A stretch of DNA of 64,000 nt from Acidobacteriota bacterium (lineage in GTDB: Bacteria > Acidobacteriota > UBA6911 > RPQK01 > JAJDTT01): NCBI GenBank assembly GCA_965209055.1, contig OZ242374.1, positions 5,120,001 through 5,184,000 of the forward strand, written 5' to 3'. Each line of letters opens with the position of its first letter. Position 1 is the first letter of the stretch. Below the pieces are notes generated by a model. It worked only from the letters and a program-made list of their open reading frames with translations. It was not told where the DNA came from and made no database searches. Shown here one piece after another: positions 1-9,916 of this stretch. A program made the translations under genes and the position numbers.

Positions 1-94
1 CGGGAGACTGGGTGATTTTCCGGGTCGATGGGAATGGCAGGGGCCGGTCCTGGGTCACGAAGCGAATTCGGTCCGCCGGAGAGTAGCCGAGACC

Positions 95-1360
95 ATGCCG
101 ATCAGTCCGCGACTCCGGTGCAGATGGGTTCTCATCTTCTGGGTCCTGGCCGCCTCCTCAACGAGAGGTTCAGGACCCGAAGTCCCAGAGGTTCCCGATC
201 CGTTGCGTCAGCCGGTTTCCATGAGCCTGGTCGACGCCTCCCTGGTGGATTTCTTTCGCACCGTCGCGGAGTTGAGCGACCTCAACATGGTGATCGATTC
301 CGACGTGTCGGGAAACGTGACACTGCGCGTGGAGCGGCTGGCCCTGGACCGGATCGTGGAGATGGTCCTCAAGAGCCATTCCCTGACCCGGACGGTACAG
401 GACGACCTGATCCGCATTTCCCGTCAAGAGACTCTCCGGGCGGAGAAGGAGCGGGAACGGAAAATGCTGGAACTGGAACATGAGAGTCAGGAGCCGGCGA
501 CCGTGGCCCGGTCCCTGAACTACGCCTCCGCCGAGGAGGCGGCCAAGAGCCTGAAGAACCAACTGGGTGAGAAGGGCCGGTTGGATGTGGACACCCGGAC
601 CAATACCGTGTTGATGACCGACATCCCCCCTCGAGTCGCGGAGATGAATCGACTCCTCGACCGCCTGGACGTTGCGGAGCGTCAAGTCGAGATCGAGGCC
701 AGAATCATCGAGGCCACCACCACCTTCGCCCGGAACCTGGGCCTCCAGCTCGACCTGCTGGCGGGGGAGAGCGGCCGGGGCGCCTCGGGCTCCATCCGCA
801 TGAGCACCCCGGTGGGGCCGGCATCGGGTTCTCCCGGCGTGGCGGCCACGCCGGTGCTGGACACCGTGCGCCTGGATGCTCTTCTCACGGCCGCCGAATC
901 AGACGGAGAAGTTCGCATCCTTTCCAAGCCCCGGGTCACCGCCCTGAACAACGTCGAGGCCATCATCACCCAGGGAGCCCGGATTCCGATTCCAGTCGAG
1001 CACGACTTCACGACCACGGTCCGCTTCGAGACTGCCGCCCTGCGACTTCTGGTGACGCCGCAGATCACGCGCGAGAAGACGGTCCTGTTGAAAATCAAGG
1101 TGGAAAACAACGTCCCCGATTTCAGCCGGACCGTTCAAGGCATCCCCACCATCCTCACCAGCGAATCCCAGACCGTAGTTCTGATCCCCCATGAGGGTAC
1201 GGCCGTAATCGGGGGGATCCTCCTGGACATCGACCGTACACTGGAGCAGAGGGTCCCCGGTCTGAGCCGCATCCCGGTCCTGGGCAGGCTCTTTCGGAGG
1301 AACTCCCAAAGCCGGGAAACCCGGGAAATTATTTTCTTCATCACGCCCCGGATCAGGTAG
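95..1360 (+). CDS. pilQ: Secretin, type IV pilus PilQ-like
   Basis: STN/N0 domain (VSGNVTLRV), Secretin_N (LDVDTRTNTVLMTD, QVEIEARIIEA), secretin C-terminus (LSKPRVTALNN, VPGLSRIPVLGRLFR, REIIFFITPRI). Confidence 0.8.
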   Translation: MPISPRLRCRWVLIFWVLAASSTRGSGPEVPEVPDPLRQPVSMSLVDASLVDFFRTVAELSDLNMVIDSDVSGNVTLRVERLALDRIVEMVLKSHSLTRTVQDDLIRISRQETLRAEKERERKMLELEHESQEPATVARSLNYASAEEAAKSLKNQLGEKGRLDVDTRTNTVLMTDIPPRVAEMNRLLDRLDVAERQVEIEARIIEATTTFARNLGLQLDLLAGESGRGASGSIRMSTPVGPASGSPGVAATPVLDTVRLDALLTAAESDGEVRILSKPRVTALNNVEAIITQGARIPIPVEHDFTTTVRFETAALRLLVTPQITREKTVLLKIKVENNVPDFSRTVQGIPTILTSESQTVVLIPHEGTAVIGGILLDIDRTLEQRVPGLSRIPVLGRLFRRNSQSRETREIIFFITPRIR

Positions 1361-1376
1361 ATGGTAGAGTCCGGGG

Positions 1377-2447
1377 ATGCACGACTTTCGGGGCCGCTAT
1401 GGCCGCTTTCTGACCGCGATCGAGGGCCGTGGCCTCGACGGATTTCTGGTCCAGCACAGGCCCAATCTCGCCTACCTCTTCAACTTCAACGGCTCGGCGG
1501 GACTGGCATGCTGCCTGGGCCACGAAACCATACTCCTGGTGGACTCCCGGTATCATGAACAGGCCCGGGCCACGGCCGCGAACTGCACGCCCCGGCTGAT
1601 TCGGGGTTCGTTCGAACAGGCCCTGGAAGAGCTGTTGAACGACCGTTTTCCCGGCGGGAGCACTCGGCAACGACTCGGGTTGGAGGCCACTCACGCCAGT
1701 TGCGACCTCTGGCTGCGAATCCAGACCTGGTCGGCAGCCGTCGAGTGGGTACCGGAACACGACCTGATCGAGACCCTGCGCACCATCAAGGAACCCAGCG
1801 AAATCGAGGCGTTGGTCCATGCCTTCGAGCTGGCGCAGGGGGCCTACGCCCGCTTTCTCGACCAGATCTCCCCCGGGCTGGCCGAGGTCAGGATGGCAGG
1901 CATCCTGGAAATGGAGATGCGCGAGGCCGGAGGCGAGGGCACCGCTTTCCCCACGATCGTGGCCAGCGGGCCTCGATCGTCCCTGCCCCACGGCGTGGCC
2001 GGCGGCCGAATCTGGGGAGAGGAGGAACTCCTCCTGATCGACTTCGGGATCCGCTCAGGAGGGTATTTGAGCGATCTCACCCGCATCCACCTTCCTCGCG
2101 GAGTCGGAAAGCCGGAGATCTTCGACATTGTCTCGGAAGCGCAGCGCGCGGCGCTGGACTCCATCCGTCCCGGCGTCCGGTCCAGCGACGTGGACCGGGC
2201 GGCTCGACGCGTCATCGAAGAAGCCGGCCATGGGAACCACTTCCAACACGGCACGGGACACGGACTGGGCCTGGAAGTCCACGAACTGCCCCGAATCTCA
2301 CCGATCCGGCCCCAAACTCTCGAGCCCGGCATGGTCTTCACCGTGGAACCGGGGATCTATCTGCCCGGACGTCTGGGCGTCCGGATCGAGGACGTGGTTG
2401 CCGTGACCGAAACCGGGTACCGGCTGTTGTCCGACCAGGACCGGTGA
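1377..2447 (+). CDS. Xaa-Pro aminopeptidase, M24 family
   Basis: IDFG, SDLTR, HGTGHGLGLEVHE, TVEPGIY, GVRIEDVV motifs. Confidence 0.92.
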   Translation: MHDFRGRYGRFLTAIEGRGLDGFLVQHRPNLAYLFNFNGSAGLACCLGHETILLVDSRYHEQARATAANCTPRLIRGSFEQALEELLNDRFPGGSTRQRLGLEATHASCDLWLRIQTWSAAVEWVPEHDLIETLRTIKEPSEIEALVHAFELAQGAYARFLDQISPGLAEVRMAGILEMEMREAGGEGTAFPTIVASGPRSSLPHGVAGGRIWGEEELLLIDFGIRSGGYLSDLTRIHLPRGVGKPEIFDIVSEAQRAALDSIRPGVRSSDVDRAARRVIEEAGHGNHFQHGTGHGLGLEVHELPRISPIRPQTLEPGMVFTVEPGIYLPGRLGVRIEDVVAVTETGYRLLSDQDR

Positions 2448-2604
2448 GAAGCGAGGAAGGGGAGATTCCCCAGCCGGCAGAGGAATGGCCCTGACTGTCG
2501 CGCGCAGTGGATCGCCGGACGCAATGGGCCGTTCCGACTTGTTCCCGCGGGGCCGTGGAGACTAAACTTACACGGCGCGGGGAGAAGCCGGCGCAGGAAG
2601 AAAG

Positions 2605-3042
2605 ATGAATACCAGGGAGATCCGATCTTTACTGAAGCTCATCGACGAGTTCGATGTGGCGGAGTTCGAGTTGGAACGGGAAGGAGTCCGGCTCCGGATT
2701 CTTCGCGGCGGTGTCGACTCGCCGCCTGAACCCGCGGCTCCGTCCGTTCAGGAGGCCCCTCCCGTCGAAACTGCCCCGGCCGAGCCCGTGTCCGCCCCGG
2801 AAAACCTTCACGTCTTCACCGCGCCCATGGTGGGGACCTACTACTCTTCACCCAAGCCTGACGCAGACTCCTTCGTCCAGGTCGGAGCCACCATCCGCGA
2901 AGGGGACACTCTCTGCATCATCGAGGCCATGAAGATCTTCAATCAGATCGAGAGCGACGTGGATGGCCAGATCGTTCGCATCCTGGTTGAGACCGGCCAG
3001 CCCGTCGAATACGGTGAGCCACTGTTCGAAGTCCGCACCTAG
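2605..3042 (+). CDS. accB: Acetyl-CoA carboxylase biotin carboxyl carrier protein
   Basis: [12 protein letters not shown] biotinylation motif, VEYGEPLF; directly upstream of accC. Confidence 0.95.
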   Translation: MNTREIRSLLKLIDEFDVAEFELEREGVRLRILRGGVDSPPEPAAPSVQEAPPVETAPAEPVSAPENLHVFTAPMVGTYYSSPKPDADSFVQVGATIREGDTLCIIEAMKIFNQIESDVDGQIVRILVETGQPVEYGEPLFEVRT

Positions 3043-3043
3043 C

Positions 3044-4390
3044 ATGTTCAGAAAAATCCTCATCGCCAACCGGGGTGAGATCGCGCTCCGTGTCGTCGCC
3101 GCCTGCAAGGAATTGGGCATTCGCACGGTCGCAGTCTACTCGGAAGCGGATCGGGACCTGCTCCATGTCCGCTTCTCCGACGAGGCCGTCTGCATCGGCC
3201 CGCCCCGAAGCTACGACAGCTATCTGAACATCCCCAGCATCATCAGCGCGGCCGAAATCACCAACGTCGACGCCATCCATCCAGGTTACGGCTATTTGGC
3301 CGAGAGTTCCCACTTCGCGGAGGTCTGCGACAACTGCGGCATTCGGTTCATCGGCCCCTCGGCTTCTGCCATCAGCCTCATGGGAGACAAGTCCCGGGCA
3401 CGGGAGACGATTCAGGACCTGGGAATTCCCACCATTCCCGGCACCGGAGTCATCGACGGGGAAACCCCGGATCCTGCCGCATTGGCGCGGCAGGTCGGCT
3501 TTCCCCTCATCATCAAGGCGGCAGCCGGAGGCGGCGGGAAAGGGATGCGCATCATTCGCCGGGAACAGGATTTCCTGGATTCCCTGTCACTGGTCCAGTC
3601 CGAGGCGGGAAGCTCATTCGGCAACTCCCAGGTCTATCTGGAGCGGTATCTCGAGAACCCGCGCCATATCGAGTTCCAGGTCCTGGCCGACGAGCAAGGG
3701 AACATCGTCCACCTGGGGGAGCGTGACTGCTCCATCCAGCGGCGGCACCAGAAGCTGGTGGAGGAGTCGCCCAGCCCGTTTCTCAGCCCCGGCAGGCGAA
3801 TGGAGCTGGGAAGCCAAGTGGTGCGCGCCCTGAAGCAGATCGGCTATCAGAACGCCGGGACGGTGGAGTTTCTGTTCGACCAGGAGGGCAACCACTACTT
3901 CATCGAGATGAACACCAGGATCCAGGTCGAGCATCCGGTGACGGAGATGATTACGGGAATCGACATCGTGAAACAGCAGATCCTGATCGCCGCGGGCTTT
4001 CCGCTGGACTTGTCCCAGGAGGACGTGGCCTTCCGGGGAAGCAGCATCGAATGCCGGCTCAACGCCGAATCGTCCGAGACCTTCACTCCGTCACCAGGCC
4101 GAATCCATGCCTACCATGCTCCGGGAGGGCCCGGTATCCGGGTCGATTCCGCAGCCTATACGGATTGCGTCATTTCACCTCACTACGATTCCCTGATCGC
4201 CAAACTCATCGCCCACGGCAACGACCGGGACGAGGCCATCTCCCGGCTGAACCGGGCCCTGGACACCTTCATCGTGGAGGGGATCGAGACCACCCTGCCC
4301 TTCCACCGAAAGGTGATCCGCCACCCCGACTTCCTGAAGGGGAACTATGGGACCTCGTTCCTGGAGGAGTTCTCGGGAGGCGCGGCATGA
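3044..4390 (+). CDS. accC: Biotin carboxylase
   Basis: [14 protein letters not shown] start at ATG 3044; [29 protein letters not shown]. Confidence 0.96.
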   Translation: MFRKILIANRGEIALRVVAACKELGIRTVAVYSEADRDLLHVRFSDEAVCIGPPRSYDSYLNIPSIISAAEITNVDAIHPGYGYLAESSHFAEVCDNCGIRFIGPSASAISLMGDKSRARETIQDLGIPTIPGTGVIDGETPDPAALARQVGFPLIIKAAAGGGGKGMRIIRREQDFLDSLSLVQSEAGSSFGNSQVYLERYLENPRHIEFQVLADEQGNIVHLGERDCSIQRRHQKLVEESPSPFLSPGRRMELGSQVVRALKQIGYQNAGTVEFLFDQEGNHYFIEMNTRIQVEHPVTEMITGIDIVKQQILIAAGFPLDLSQEDVAFRGSSIECRLNAESSETFTPSPGRIHAYHAPGGPGIRVDSAAYTDCVISPHYDSLIAKLIAHGNDRDEAISRLNRALDTFIVEGIETTLPFHRKVIRHPDFLKGNYGTSFLEEFSGGAA

Positions 4391-5733
4391 GCGAACCCGC
4401 CGGGGCCAATCAGAGAGGCTACTGGGGCTCCGGGCTCGGTTTCGTCCTGGCTGTGGTCGGTTCAGCCATCGGGCTCGGCAATATCTGGCGGTTCCCCACC
4501 GAGGCGGGACAGAGCGGAGGGGGCGCCTTCGTTCTGGTCTACGTGATCGCTACTTTTATGATCGGGGTCCCGGTCATGCTGGCCGAGTTGGCCGTGGGCC
4601 GGAGAACCCAGCGAAATCCGGTCGGAGCCTACCGGAGCCTGGCTCCCGGAAGCGGCTGGGGACTGGCCGGAGGGTTCGCCGTCTTCACCGGCTTGATCAT
4701 CCTGAGCTACTACAGCGTGGTCGCCGGCTGGACACTCAAATACACCTGGATCGCATTCAGCGGCTCCCTGCACGGCGCCACTCCGGAGGCCATCAGCGCG
4801 ACTTTCAACAATTTCATCCAGGATCCGGTACCGGTGCTCGGCTGCCACCTTCTCTTCATGCTCATCACCATCCGGATTGTCATGAGGGGCATACGGCATG
4901 GGATCGAACGAGCCGCCAAGATCCTCATGCCCGTGCTGTTCGTGCTTCTGATTCTGCTGGTGGTCCGTTCATTGACCCTTCCGGGAGCCGCCGAAGGCCT
5001 CCGCTTCTACCTCAAGCCCGACTTCGGAATGCTGGATGTCAAGGTGATCCTGAAAGCCGTGAGTCATGCCTTCTTCTCGCTGAGCCTGGGAATGGGCGCC
5101 ATCATCACTTTTGGAAGCTACCTGTCGCCCAAGCAGAATTTGGTGTCCAGCGCCGTATGGGTGAGCTGCGCCGACTTCCTGATCGCATTCCTGGCCGGCC
5201 TGGCCATATTCCCGGCGATCTTTTCGGTTCCGGGCCTGGAACCCGACGCCGGGCCGGGGCTGATCTTCGTGGTTCTCCCCAACATCTTCAATGCCATCCC
5301 CCTGGGACACCTCTTCGGAGCGGCTTTTTTCATCCTGCTGGCCATAGCGGCGCTGACTTCCGCCATCTCCATGTTGGAGGTGGTCGTCTCCTTCACCATC
5401 GACGAGTTGGGATGGGACCGCCGCCGATCGGCCATCGGAGTCGGCAGCGTGATCTTCCTCCTGGGAATCCCCAGTGCGTTGGGCAACGGCGCCGTTCCGC
5501 TGTTTTCCGGAACCCTCGATTTCGTGAACGAATATTTTGGCGGGATGGGATTGGTCTTGGGTGCTCTGCTGGTAAGCCTCTTCGTGGGCTGGAAGTGGGG
5601 TATCGGCAACGCCGTCGCGGAGTTGGAGCGGGGCCGCGGCACTTTCCGCTTGGGAAAGGTCTGGGGGTTCCTGATCCGGTTCGTCTGCCCGCTGGCCATC
5701 CTCACGATCCTCTTTCAGCTCCTCAGGGGATGA
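4387..5733 (+). CDS. Sodium-dependent transporter, NSS/SNF family
   Basis: [27 protein letters not shown]; ATGA overlap with the accC stop. Confidence 0.92.
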   Translation: MSEPAGANQRGYWGSGLGFVLAVVGSAIGLGNIWRFPTEAGQSGGGAFVLVYVIATFMIGVPVMLAELAVGRRTQRNPVGAYRSLAPGSGWGLAGGFAVFTGLIILSYYSVVAGWTLKYTWIAFSGSLHGATPEAISATFNNFIQDPVPVLGCHLLFMLITIRIVMRGIRHGIERAAKILMPVLFVLLILLVVRSLTLPGAAEGLRFYLKPDFGMLDVKVILKAVSHAFFSLSLGMGAIITFGSYLSPKQNLVSSAVWVSCADFLIAFLAGLAIFPAIFSVPGLEPDAGPGLIFVVLPNIFNAIPLGHLFGAAFFILLAIAALTSAISMLEVVVSFTIDELGWDRRRSAIGVGSVIFLLGIPSALGNGAVPLFSGTLDFVNEYFGGMGLVLGALLVSLFVGWKWGIGNAVAELERGRGTFRLGKVWGFLIRFVCPLAILTILFQLLRG

Positions 5734-5739
5734 GGCGCC

Positions 5740-6384
5740 ATGCCCAAGTCCCTGCCCGGCCCCCTCTATCCCATCACTCACTGCCCCAACCCGCAGGGCT
5801 GGGATCACGTGGCCTTCTCCGACTGCCTGATCCGTTGCGGGATCCGGTTTTTCCAGGTCCGGGACAAGACGCTTCCGGACGGCCATCTCTACCGGCAGCT
5901 CCTGAAGATCCGTTTACTGTGCCGGGAGGCGGGAGCCTGTTTCGTGGTCAATGACCGGGTGGACATGGCTCTGGCGGCCGAGGCCGATGGCGTCCATCTG
6001 GGCCAGGACGACCTTCCGGCGGCGGCCGCCCGGCGACTCCTGGGAGAGGGAGCGGTCATCGGACTTTCCACCCACAATTGGGACCAGTTCAGAAGGGGAC
6101 TGGAGGAGCCGGTGGACTACCTCGCGGTGGGCCCCGTTTTCCCCACCCATACCAAGGAGGATGCGGCTCCTGTCCTGGGCCTGGAGCTGCTCCGAAGGGC
6201 CTCCCGCAGCACCGATCTCCCCTTGGTCGCCATTGGCGGAATCTCGGTGGAGAAGGCCCCCGGCGCGTGGCAGTCCGGGGCCCGTTCGGTGGCGGTGATC
6301 TCCGACGTCGCCGGTGCCGAGAGTCCGGAGCGCCGGATTCGAGCCTACCTGGAACGGTCACGGGTACGGGTCGGGGCGACATGA
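5740..6384 (+). CDS. thiE: Thiamine-phosphate synthase
   Basis: QVRDK, VNDRVD, GVHLGQDD, GPVFPTHTK, VAIGGI. Confidence 0.93.
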   Translation: MPKSLPGPLYPITHCPNPQGWDHVAFSDCLIRCGIRFFQVRDKTLPDGHLYRQLLKIRLLCREAGACFVVNDRVDMALAAEADGVHLGQDDLPAAAARRLLGEGAVIGLSTHNWDQFRRGLEEPVDYLAVGPVFPTHTKEDAAPVLGLELLRRASRSTDLPLVAIGGISVEKAPGAWQSGARSVAVISDVAGAESPERRIRAYLERSRVRVGAT

Positions 6385-6977
6385 ATCTCCTGCTGTTCGA
6401 GTCTCGGCGAGGCCATGCACTGCCCGTGCTGGAACCCCTTCCGAAGGAGGCGTATCGCCAGCGGCGGAAGGAGACGACGCGGTGGTCTCGGCTGCAGGGC
6501 CGGGTCCGTTCCACGTATCGCCGATTGGAAGAGCGTTTCGATTACGACGAGAGGCTCTGCTCGGCGCTTCACCACGTTCCCGAACTGACGGTGCGCCACT
6601 CCAGCCGCCTGGGCGGAGAGGCCGCGCGAAACCTGCTGCATCGCTTTTTCAAGCGGCAGCGCCTGAAGCATTCCGCGTGGCTCAAGGTGGATCTGGTCCT
6701 CGCCGGACTGGGCAGCGTCCTCACCCCCATTCCGGGACCCAACGTCTTTTTCTTCTATCCGGCCATCCGGGCATTCGGCCACTATACGGCGCTCCGGGGA
6801 GTGCGGGATCCAGCCAGGCTGGATCGGTCGTCATTTGTGTCCGAGCCCCTGATCGACCAGGTTCAGGCGAACATGGATCGAATCGAAGACATCCGTCCGT
6901 TACTGGTCCAACTGGAGCGGCGTTACAACCTGACAGAATTGGAACGGCGCCTTTTTTCCGGGGGGACCCGGCGCTGA
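6381..6977 (+). CDS. Conserved hypothetical protein resembling the Mit_KHE1 (mitochondrial K+/H+ exchange-related) family
   Basis: ATG 6381 overlaps the thiE stop; LTPIPGPNVFFFYPAIRAFGHYTALRG segment. Confidence 0.6.
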   Translation: MNLLLFESRRGHALPVLEPLPKEAYRQRRKETTRWSRLQGRVRSTYRRLEERFDYDERLCSALHHVPELTVRHSSRLGGEAARNLLHRFFKRQRLKHSAWLKVDLVLAGLGSVLTPIPGPNVFFFYPAIRAFGHYTALRGVRDPARLDRSSFVSEPLIDQVQANMDRIEDIRPLLVQLERRYNLTELERRLFSGGTRR

Positions 6978-6993
6978 CTTCCGGCAGCGAGAC

Positions 6994-8082
6994 TCAGGTT
7001 GGGGCCAAATATCCGTCCAATAGGAAATCCCGGCCCAGTCTCCTGACCTTGAGACTCGAAACGGCGAGGGCATCGGCGAGGCGGTTGACCTGGAGCTCTC
7101 CCACCCCCGGTATGCCTGAGCTGCCGAGAATCTTGGGACCGTAGTAGAAGTGGACCCGCTGGATGACGCCCGCCTGCAGGGACGATCCGGCGACTCGGCC
7201 GCCCCCCTCCACGATGAGACTGTTTATGGAATCCCCGCCCAGAGACTCCAGCACCGCCGGCCAGGAAAGGAACGGTCCTTCTTGCGGTACTCGCACCAAG
7301 CGGGCTTTGCCCGCGAGGGGACTGCCGGGCGGACACGGACTACTGTGAAAAATCCATACGGGATCGCCTGACAGGAAGAGCCTGGACTTCACCGGCGTCC
7401 GCAACCGAGAGTCCAGAACGATCTTCCGGATCCGCTTCCTCGACCTCCACCGCACATCCAGCGACGGATCGTCCGTCAGGACCGTCTCTATTCCCACCAG
7501 AATGGCGTCGTAGAGAAAACGGTGACGGTGCACGTGCCGCCTCGCCTTCTCGCCCGTGATCCACTTGGAATCGCCTCCCGGCGCGGCGATCCTGCCATCC
7601 AGGGTGAGCGCCAGCTTGAGCAGGCAGAAAGGTTTCCGGTGCCGGACGAAGAAAAAGAAGGCTTCGTTGAGCCGGCGAGCCTCCTCCCCGCACAACCCCT
7701 CGTGGATTCGAATCCCGCGGGAACGAAGGTATTGCACCCCCTTGCCCGCGACTTGGGGCGAAGGGTCCGTCACGGCCACGAAGACCTCCCGGATCCCGGC
7801 TTCGGCGACTCTCTGCATGCAGGGAGGGGTCCGGCCCCAATGCGCACAGGGCTCCAAGGTGACGTACAGGGTGGCTCCCCGGGCGCGGCTTCCGGCCCGG
7901 TCCAGAGCGACCACCTCGGCGTGATGCCGTTTCCCATAGAGATGATAGCCCTCGCCCACTACATGTCCGTCCTGCACGACCACGGCTCCCACCATGGGGT
8001 TGGGGCTGACCCGGCCGGCACCTCGCCGGGCAAGTTGGAGTGCGCGGCGCATGAAACGGACGTCCGAGTCGGAGGCAGGCAT
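6994..8082 (-). CDS. ribD: Riboflavin biosynthesis deaminase/reductase
   Basis: PNPMVG, HAE, TLEPCAHWGRTPPC, SKWITG, VEGGG. Confidence 0.95.
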   Translation of the reverse strand: MPASDSDVRFMRRALQLARRGAGRVSPNPMVGAVVVQDGHVVGEGYHLYGKRHHAEVVALDRAGSRARGATLYVTLEPCAHWGRTPPCMQRVAEAGIREVFVAVTDPSPQVAGKGVQYLRSRGIRIHEGLCGEEARRLNEAFFFFVRHRKPFCLLKLALTLDGRIAAPGGDSKWITGEKARRHVHRHRFLYDAILVGIETVLTDDPSLDVRWRSRKRIRKIVLDSRLRTPVKSRLFLSGDPVWIFHSSPCPPGSPLAGKARLVRVPQEGPFLSWPAVLESLGGDSINSLIVEGGGRVAGSSLQAGVIQRVHFYYGPKILGSSGIPGVGELQVNRLADALAVSSLKVRRLGRDFLLDGYLAPT

Positions 8083-8228
8083 GGGATGTTGTCACCGGTC
8101 CTTCATCGTTCGCGCCAGCCTGTGGCCTGCACGGAATGCGCGCCCGGAATCCTCACCGGGTCACCGAGTGTATGACGAATCGGGTCTGATCCGCAGGCAC
8201 TGCCGCGTCGGAAATCGGACGGTCCGGG

Positions 8229-9506
8229 TCACGCCCCGGACTGGGCAGGAGTCTCCGCCAGCGCCAGGCGGATCCGAAGGGTGTTGATCCTTCTCTGATC
8301 GGCGGCGAGAACCTCGACTCGGATGCCGTTGATATCGGTCGTCTCGCCCGGATGCGGAACCCGGCCCATCTGGGAGACGACGACGCCGGAAACCGTCGTA
8401 AAGTGGGTGACCCCCAAGCTCAGACCCAGAGCCTTCTCCAGGTTCTCGATTTCGGCCGCGCCCCGGACGATATAGCTTCCGTCCCCCTCGGCAATCAGGT
8501 CCACCAACTGCATCTCGTCCTCATCTCGAATCTCGCCCACGATCTCCTCGATCAGATCCTCGATGCTGACCAGTCCACTGACCGCTCCATGCTCGTTGAT
8601 GACGATGGCAATGTGCTCGGCGCTCCTTTGCATCTCTCGAAAGAGGTCCGCCACCTTCTTGGTCTCAGGAACGAACAATGGCGACGTCATCAGCCGCGTC
8701 ACCGGTGCGTCACCACTCTCCGCGGTGAGATAGGAAAGCAGGTTCCGCACATAGACGATGCCCACGATTTCATCCAGGTCCCTTCGATAGACCGGTATGC
8801 GGGAATGCTTCCGGGAGACGATGAGATCCCGCATCTCGGAGATGGTGGTGGTCTGAGGAGTCGCCACGACCTGGGTCCGGGGGGTCATGATCTCCTTGAC
8901 CCGCGTGTTCCCGAACTCCAGCGCCGAAAGGATCAGATCACCCTCCCGGCCCTCGATGATCCCCTCCTCCTCCCCGACGTCCACATAGGCTTCAAATTCG
9001 CCTTCCGTCGATTCTTCCTCCTGGCCTCCCGTTTCGTCACCGTTGGCGGACACCCGGTCGAAGGGCTTGAGCAAGGACGCCATGGGACGACTGATCCAGG
9101 CCATGAAGGGGTAACACCGGGACAGCACCGGCACCAGGCGCAGAAGGGCCTGTTCCGGATACCGGGTCGCCATGATGGGAAGCACCAGCAACACCAACAC
9201 AAAGGTCGACAGAATCGCCAGCAACGCCCACCAGGCGCCCTGAATCGGCCGGAGCTCAAGGAAGAACCCGGTCGCGAAAACGACCAGCGCAATCTGAATG
9301 CAAAGGAGCACGAGGCGAACCGGAAGCAGGAAGCGGCTCCGGTCCGAGGTGATGGTCTCCACAAGACCCGGCGCCTGAGACGCCCCCCGCATCGAGAGTA
9401 TCCTGAGAGTGAGGCGGGAGATTCGAATGACGGCAGTCTCAACCACCGAGAGAAAGAGGAGAATCAGAAGAGAGAGCGCCAACAACAGGGCGACCGCCCA
9501 ACTCAA
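8229..9506 (-). CDS. HlyC/CorC family CNNM-CBS-CorC membrane protein
   Basis: N-terminal TM region, EIMTPRT, HSRIPVY, FVPETK, EDLIEEIVGEIRDE; follows ybeY. Confidence 0.9.
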   Translation of the reverse strand: MSWAVALLLALSLLILLFLSVVETAVIRISRLTLRILSMRGASQAPGLVETITSDRSRFLLPVRLVLLCIQIALVVFATGFFLELRPIQGAWWALLAILSTFVLVLLVLPIMATRYPEQALLRLVPVLSRCYPFMAWISRPMASLLKPFDRVSANGDETGGQEEESTEGEFEAYVDVGEEEGIIEGREGDLILSALEFGNTRVKEIMTPRTQVVATPQTTTISEMRDLIVSRKHSRIPVYRRDLDEIVGIVYVRNLLSYLTAESGDAPVTRLMTSPLFVPETKKVADLFREMQRSAEHIAIVINEHGAVSGLVSIEDLIEEIVGEIRDEDEMQLVDLIAEGDGSYIVRGAAEIENLEKALGLSLGVTHFTTVSGVVVSQMGRVPHPGETTDINGIRVEVLAADQRRINTLRIRLALAETPAQSGA

Positions 9507-9916
9507 TGAAGTTGAAACTCCCTTCTCAACTGCACTTCCATTGATTCCATTTCACCTGAGTCGACCTCATGGTCATGCCCCATGAGATGGAGAAGACCAT
9601 GGAGAGCCAACACTTTCAGTTCCGTCTGCAGAAGCCCTCGGCGCTGCCGGTCGGCGGTTTCCACTGAAATCAGGATATCACCCAGGTAGGACTCCTCGCC
9701 CATGGGGAATGCGAGAACGTCAGTCGGTTCAGGCACCCCCCGGAAGCGGCGGTTGTAGAGCCGGATTCCGCGGTCGCTGACGAGGACGGTGGAGAACTCC
9801 GCCGTGATCCCCAGCCTGTGAGCCAGACGTCCCAAGAACTCCTCGAGACGCCGTGTCTCGACCAGGATCTTTTTCTGCCTATTGAATACGTGGATGCGGG
9901 AGTTGCTCTTCCTCAA
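9503..9916 (-). CDS. ybeY: rRNA maturation endoribonuclease YbeY
   Basis: PTDVLAFP, LGDILIS, HGLLHLMGHDH. Confidence 0.93.
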   Translation of the reverse strand: MRKSNSRIHVFNRQKKILVETRRLEEFLGRLAHRLGITAEFSTVLVSDRGIRLYNRRFRGVPEPTDVLAFPMGEESYLGDILISVETADRQRRGLLQTELKVLALHGLLHLMGHDHEVDSGEMESMEVQLRREFQLH

